From a virus, in IMG/VR virus record IMGVR_UViG_3300045996_001613, positions 1 to 64,000 of that record: 64,000 bases of DNA; one strand, given 5' to 3'. The notes under the pieces are model-generated. The model was not told where the DNA came from and searched no databases. It saw nothing but the letters and a program-made list of their open reading frames with translations. A program made the translations under genes and the position numbers. Each line of letters starts with the position of its first letter. The stretch's first letter is position 1. This document shows, piece by piece, positions 59,232 to 64,000 of the stretch.

Positions 59232-59645
59232 CTAGTTACAGGACGCGGTACCGCTAAATGGTGCGCTAAAGTACAACGTCAATTGGTTGGAACTGTTGAA
59301 TACAACCCGTCCCTCCACCTTTTTCCCCGACGAATCCATTACAGTTACCGCGGGATATTTACCTAGATTGTGATTGACGGTCCATGTGGCAGATGCAGCA
59401 CCCTGCTCGTGCAGGTATTCCGCGTCTCCTCCGCCTCCGCCTTCCCCCTCGGCTACCGCTTCCCATGCGGAGCCCGTCCACACCTTGAGGGTAAGGCCCA
59501 CCCCATCGTCAATCCAGAAGTTTACTTGCGAGGGGTCGGGCGCAACGTTACCCTGATACAGTTTACCACGAGTTCCGTCTGCCAATGCATAGATAGGCAT
59601 GTCGTCGAAGTTGCCGGCACGCGCTATTACCTTCCCCTCGGTCAT
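59232..59645 (-). CDS. minor tail protein
   Basis: W.VNHNLGKYP.VTV. Confidence 0.65.
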   Translation of the reverse strand: MTEGKVIARAGNFDDMPIYALADGTRGKLYQGNVAPDPSQVNFWIDDGVGLTLKVWTGSAWEAVAEGEGGGGGDAEYLHEQGAASATWTVNHNLGKYPAVTVMDSSGKKVEGRVVFNSSNQLTLYFSAPFSGTASCN

Positions 59646-59995
59646 TACGCCTTCCTTGCTTCCGCGGTTATGAGCACGAGGTCCACTGGACGGTAGTCGT
59701 CGGACGTTCTACCCTCAATATCTATGAGGTACTTGCCCTTGCCCTTGTCGAGCAAAATGCGGAATCTCCACTCTCCGGGCCGGTCGGTGGGCTCTACGTC
59801 CCCATCCGTCAGGGTAAATACCTCCTGCGTCTTGTCCGGGTAAGTGACGGTGACGATGATCTCAGATACCTGAGCACCCGACAGCCACGCGGGATCGTTG
59901 GGACTCTCCTCCCGGTCGGGCTTCTCCGGGCTAATGCGCCTATCCCACATCTCCCATCGTACAGTTTGCGTCTCGTTTACGTATTGCTTTGCCAT
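59645..59995 (-). CDS. hypothetical virion-module protein
   Basis: 116 aa in operon. Confidence 0.6.
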   Translation of the reverse strand: MAKQYVNETQTVRWEMWDRRISPEKPDREESPNDPAWLSGAQVSEIIVTVTYPDKTQEVFTLTDGDVEPTDRPGEWRFRILLDKGKGKYLIDIEGRTSDDYRPVDLVLITAEARKA

Positions 59996-60337
59996 CTATT
60001 CCCCCGGCTCCAGTGTGGCCTCGCCGCTGATCTCCTGAAATATCTCTATATCAGACCCAATCTCATTGTCATGAGTCGCGGTTGCTGCTATCTCCTGATC
60101 CACCACGGCACTACCCTCCAATTCCCCGAACATCTCCGCGGACATCGCGGGCTGCTCCGGCGTATCTATCTCGACGGGAACCCACACTACCGGCTGGTCG
60201 TCCTCGTTGTACTCCACCAGCCCAACCGCGGGCCGGACCACCACCTGCCCGTCTTCATTCTCGTAGGCCGCGTACGAGTCCTCTGTGCGTATTACTACCT
60301 GACCCTGCGCGTTTAGCCACGTATACGGATCGGGCAT
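59996..60337 (-). CDS. acidic protein with N..GQ.VV repeats
   Basis: three short repeats. Confidence 0.6.
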   Translation of the reverse strand: MPDPYTWLNAQGQVVIRTEDSYAAYENEDGQVVVRPAVGLVEYNEDDQPVVWVPVEIDTPEQPAMSAEMFGELEGSAVVDQEIAATATHDNEIGSDIEIFQEISGEATLEPGE

Positions 60338-60987
60338 TACAGCCTCACAATACGGTTTGGCCCCTCGTCAAATATGTACACCTTGTCCGTGCCATTGAGG
60401 GTCATGGGGAATCCGGAGTTGACGACACGAGGCATCGCGACCGAATTGACCGCGACCGGGGCCGGGAGCGCGTCCACGGACACACTGCGAGACCCGACCG
60501 TCGCGGCGGCGGAGAGTGTCGCAGTCACTCCCCCTCCGAAGTCTAACACGGTCCCATCGGCAAGGGAACCGGAGAGCCGGTCTACCTTCAGCGTAGTATC
60601 CCCGGCACTCGCGGCCTCCGCGACGATCACCGGGTATTTACCGTCGAGGTACATCAGTATCGGGCTAGTGCTGTCGATGGGCGCACCCGTCCCGATCCTG
60701 CGAAAGATCACGATGCCCTCCGCGGGAGTGGCGCTAGTCGGTACGCTAGGAAAGAGCAGGTCATTCGCGTCCAAGGCACCGTTGACCACACTGCGCCCTG
60801 ACATGAGGATCTTGTCGTTCGTTACTGCACTGGAGGTAAAGTGTGGAGACACCGAACTGACAAATTCATGGTTCGCGTAGTCTGGTACATAGGTACCCCG
60901 TACCAATGCAGCCCAAATAGTAGAGGTCACCCAATTCGTGTCACCATTCAGTAGTTTGCTCGCGCCTTTACGGTATAGACCACTCAC
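60337..60987 (-). CDS. minor tail protein
   Basis: GGAGG RBS, GTG coupled to upstream TAG. Confidence 0.65.
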   Translation of the reverse strand: MSGLYRKGASKLLNGDTNWVTSTIWAALVRGTYVPDYANHEFVSSVSPHFTSSAVTNDKILMSGRSVVNGALDANDLLFPSVPTSATPAEGIVIFRRIGTGAPIDSTSPILMYLDGKYPVIVAEAASAGDTTLKVDRLSGSLADGTVLDFGGGVTATLSAAATVGSRSVSVDALPAPVAVNSVAMPRVVNSGFPMTLNGTDKVYIFDEGPNRIVRL

Positions 60988-61541
60988 TACGGTACCTCCA
61001 ATATCGCGGTAACCCAGCACCACACGCCGGGGTCGGTGTCCTCTTCGATATCGCCCGGAGAAGGACCCGAACCCTGGATCTCTTGTCCCGCGTGTAGAAT
61101 CTTTCGCGTCGGTTGCAATACGGCTCCTCGTGAGGGTATCTCGGTAGTATGGATGGGATACTGCCCAAAATATAGCTTGGGGGTCGCGGCAGCGGGCGTA
61201 TCGTTGAACAACTCGTACTCAATGATGAATAAACGACATCCCGCGGGCACGACATACAATACCTCGGCGTATGGCTCGGTCTGTTCCGTGTTTTCAACCG
61301 GCAGCACGCCCTTAAACGCGGCTATTCCGTGGTCTCCCGAGCCATTGCTCGGCGGCGGTGCGTCTGTATAGAGGGTGCGATCAATATATATGGGTGCGTT
61401 ACCCGAGCCCCCGCCTATCGTGCGCATAGCAAATGTGCCTAGGTGGTAGTCGGGCAGAGGATCGTAGGTGAATTGAAGGGGGCTTCCACGCACTATGGCG
61501 GAGGAAACTGACCTCGTGGGTTTCGTCCCAAAATCTGTCAT
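60987..61541 (-). CDS. virion-module protein
   Basis: LYVVPAG motif; synteny. Confidence 0.6.
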   Translation of the reverse strand: MTDFGTKPTRSVSSAIVRGSPLQFTYDPLPDYHLGTFAMRTIGGGSGNAPIYIDRTLYTDAPPPSNGSGDHGIAAFKGVLPVENTEQTEPYAEVLYVVPAGCRLFIIEYELFNDTPAAATPKLYFGQYPIHTTEIPSRGAVLQPTRKILHAGQEIQGSGPSPGDIEEDTDPGVWCWVTAILEVP

Positions 61542-61544
61542 GCG

Positions 61545-62489
61545 TTACGTAGCGTCTCTCTTCATCCACATATTACTTGCGCTGCTTGGCCCTGTTCCCG
61601 TAGCCCTTACATAGACATCAGCGCCGAGGGTCACGGTGTCTCCATTACGCGCTGTACTGCTCTGAGCTAGGATGTACCAGTCATACGCTTGCCCGCGATA
61701 TTGACCGTATAGGGTGGCTCCGCCACCGTGCTCTATCCTCGGTCTTCCCACCAAGATGCTGTCGCCGTGCAGACGGTCAACGTCGGTGTTATTTATGCCG
61801 CCAAGGGTAGGCTGCAAGGGGGTCGTAGTGGATGTTAGTTGAAAGTTGCTTGACTGCGACAGGGTTACGGTAGGCATCCTTGATATACCGCCGGACACAC
61901 CCGAGGTAGCCATACCAGTATCGTTCCCTCGCCACGCATAGAGGGGGAAGGGTTCCGACGGACTACTCGTCATGAGGCTCTCAAACAGACCCAGAGACGC
62001 CCCATCGTCCGTAGTTCCAAACTTGACATACACGTTAAGCTGGTCCTTGGTGGCTCTGATGTAGTACTCTAGTCCGGTAGTGGACAAGGCTCCGTTAGGG
62101 CCGAAATAGGTAACGCTGGTAGAGTCTATCGTGTACCCGTTGACCTCGTCGCCCCAACTCCCGTTCGCGTTGGGAGCCCCCGCAGATGAGCTTCCCTTGA
62201 CCGGGCGTATGGCCTTCTTGTTGGTCGCGTCCCATACCTCAAAACACTTCATGCGTACAAATTGCGCACCCCCACGATAGATTGCGCAGTAGAAGTCGGA
62301 CCCAAACGAGTTTGGATTAGTGACCCCCGATCCGCGATTGCGCCATATTCGATACGGGATGGTAGCAACCGTCACCTCTTCGACGAACTCCCACTGTCCG
62401 GTGTGATCGTTTAGTGTCCCCTCTATCTGTGCTAACAGTGCCGCCGCGGGGTCCGCGGTTGGTGCTATGCTTCCTTCACGAAATGCCAT
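61545..62489 (-). CDS. minor tail protein
   Basis: 314 aa Gly/Thr/Ser-rich; synteny. Confidence 0.65.
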   Translation of the reverse strand: MAFREGSIAPTADPAAALLAQIEGTLNDHTGQWEFVEEVTVATIPYRIWRNRGSGVTNPNSFGSDFYCAIYRGGAQFVRMKCFEVWDATNKKAIRPVKGSSSAGAPNANGSWGDEVNGYTIDSTSVTYFGPNGALSTTGLEYYIRATKDQLNVYVKFGTTDDGASLGLFESLMTSSPSEPFPLYAWRGNDTGMATSGVSGGISRMPTVTLSQSSNFQLTSTTTPLQPTLGGINNTDVDRLHGDSILVGRPRIEHGGGATLYGQYRGQAYDWYILAQSSTARNGDTVTLGADVYVRATGTGPSSASNMWMKRDAT

Positions 62490-62504
62490 TGAAATCTCTC
62501 TCCC

Positions 62505-63329
62505 CTAATGTAATATGCCCCATTTTAGCTTACTTGCATACCTTGCACCACCGTCACCACCGCCGCCGGTAATGTCTATAACCGTCTGGTTACTGGAGTT
62601 GTCGTCCCACGCATTTACGCCGGGACCCCTGAAGTCCATGTTGGGACGCTGTGTCAATGGTACGCCCTCGTTTTCTATGATGTGCCCGCCGCTTTGCTGG
62701 ATTGCTTCGACGATAGTTACATCGCCCACGGCACTGTCGGTCAGGTTGAAGTGGTCGTCCCTAAACCTCAACCTCGACCTCTGGCTCATAGAGGTTCCGC
62801 CGTCTTGGATGATGTGGCCTGCGAGCTTCGCTTCCAAGGGGTCGAGCATCGCGTCCGTCTCCGCCTCGGTGTAGTAGCGCGTGTCGTGGTTGTGCGTGGT
62901 GCTCGACTTAGTCGCGAGTAGTGCGTCTATCTCGGCATCGGAGTAGGTCTCGGCCTTGGTGTAGTAGTTGTCCAGAGCAGCGCCGACTTGCTCCCCGCCG
63001 AAGTCCTCGTGGAAGTACAGGACCTCCAACGTCGTGCCTGCAGGGATATTGGTGTTGGTTACCGTACCCGCGGCGTAGTTGATGGTGTAATTAGTCCCCT
63101 TGGTGTATACCAAACCATCCGACTGCCGGCGGACCTTCTCAGAATTCTTCACTAGGGTGGTGAATTCCAAGTCTATTAGTCCCGCGGCAGATGGAGCCGT
63201 CTTAACCTCGCTGTAATACTTCTCGGTCTCAGTCGAGCCCCCGAGCTTGATCATAGTCGAGTTGGCTTCGGGGTCCTGTCTCCGGCTCTTGCCGGTCTTC
63301 ATTCGTGCTAGTGAGTGTGGTACGGGCAC
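62505..63329 (-). CDS. tail fibre-like protein
   Basis: HNHDTRYYTEAE, YYTKAE, GHII...G....QR repeats. Confidence 0.75.
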   Translation of the reverse strand: MPVPHSLARMKTGKSRRQDPEANSTMIKLGGSTETEKYYSEVKTAPSAAGLIDLEFTTLVKNSEKVRRQSDGLVYTKGTNYTINYAAGTVTNTNIPAGTTLEVLYFHEDFGGEQVGAALDNYYTKAETYSDAEIDALLATKSSTTHNHDTRYYTEAETDAMLDPLEAKLAGHIIQDGGTSMSQRSRLRFRDDHFNLTDSAVGDVTIVEAIQQSGGHIIENEGVPLTQRPNMDFRGPGVNAWDDNSSNQTVIDITGGGGDGGARYASKLKWGILH

Positions 63330-63955
63330 TAGACTCCCCCTATCCCCATCGCGCTAATTGTTGGCGGCGACACCGCCACGGCCCTGCCGAGGAAGTAGTC
63401 CGCGTACCCGGAGTCCCGGTTGGCTAGACCCTGCTGGTGCGCCACTGCGCCATCCACGACTCCCTTGAATACACATTCGTGTATGCTGAGGTTTCCGTTA
63501 CTACTAAGGGAGTGGACGGTCTTCATTATCATGAACCTCATGTAGAAGTTTCTCGACGGCTTTGCGACGATTATCTGGTGTCTAAACCTCGCACGCATGT
63601 TTAGGGGCGTGGCTATGGTGACATTAAGCCCGGTCTTCATCATCGCGGCCTGCTGCTTCGCGTGATCTATGCATTGCTGGTCGGTCCACTCCGGGAGTGC
63701 CTGAATACGCAGAATGCTCGTCGGATCTACCGAGAACATTGTATCAACCGGCTCCAGCCACGAAAAGGAGGGGATCGCGACTACGCCACCCCGTACGCTC
63801 TCGGGCCTATAGACCTCGACGCCGAAGTGCACCTCCATCGCGTCGTAGTTGCGGGTAAACTCGATCAGGTCTATGTACTCATTATGCACCCAAAAGATGT
63901 CTAGTGGCTCGGGAGGCACGATCTCAATGTTGTAGTCACCGGGGTCGAAGACCAC
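63329..63955 (-). CDS. C-terminal part of a tail protein (likely extends beyond window)
   Basis: open frame towards window end; synteny. Confidence 0.55.
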   Translation of the reverse strand: MVFDPGDYNIEIVPPEPLDIFWVHNEYIDLIEFTRNYDAMEVHFGVEVYRPESVRGGVVAIPSFSWLEPVDTMFSVDPTSILRIQALPEWTDQQCIDHAKQQAAMMKTGLNVTIATPLNMRARFRHQIIVAKPSRNFYMRFMIMKTVHSLSSNGNLSIHECVFKGVVDGAVAHQQGLANRDSGYADYFLGRAVAVSPPTISAMGIGGV

Positions 63956-64000
63956 GTAACCGAGATAATCCGCCAGCCACCAGATCGCATCCCATATCCT

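Overview
Most of a circularly permuted, roughly 58-60% GC tailed (siphovirus-like) phage genome. The host is probably an actinobacterium; an LPDTG sortase substrate, the secreted proteins and leaderless genes suggest Rubrobacter-like (inference). Minus strand 10937->1: terminase, HK97-type portal, protease, capsid, head-tail and tail tube genes. Minus strand 64000->49300: tail/fibre genes, a sulfatase, lysis genes and a phosphoesterase. The tape measure gene presumably lies outside the window. Plus strand 11-15 kb and 19-47 kb: early and replication genes (two C5 methyltransferases, two HhH-like glycosylases, initiator with iterons, DnaB, SSB, RNase H, RNA ligase, RusA-like resolvase). Five tRNAs in two clusters. 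No integrase, DNA polymerase, reverse transcriptase or CRISPR array was recognised. The most unusual content is non-coding: (i) a 79-nt mini-tmRNA with only the alanine-accepting, SmpB-binding tRNA-like domain and no tag frame (23660-23738), flanked by two other structured RNAs, one with twin self-complementary UGAUCA loops; (ii) four Rex/CRP-type palindromes in the early region; (iii) tandem promoter-tiny RNA-terminator units at 47 kb. All calls are by eye, with no database searches or folding software.
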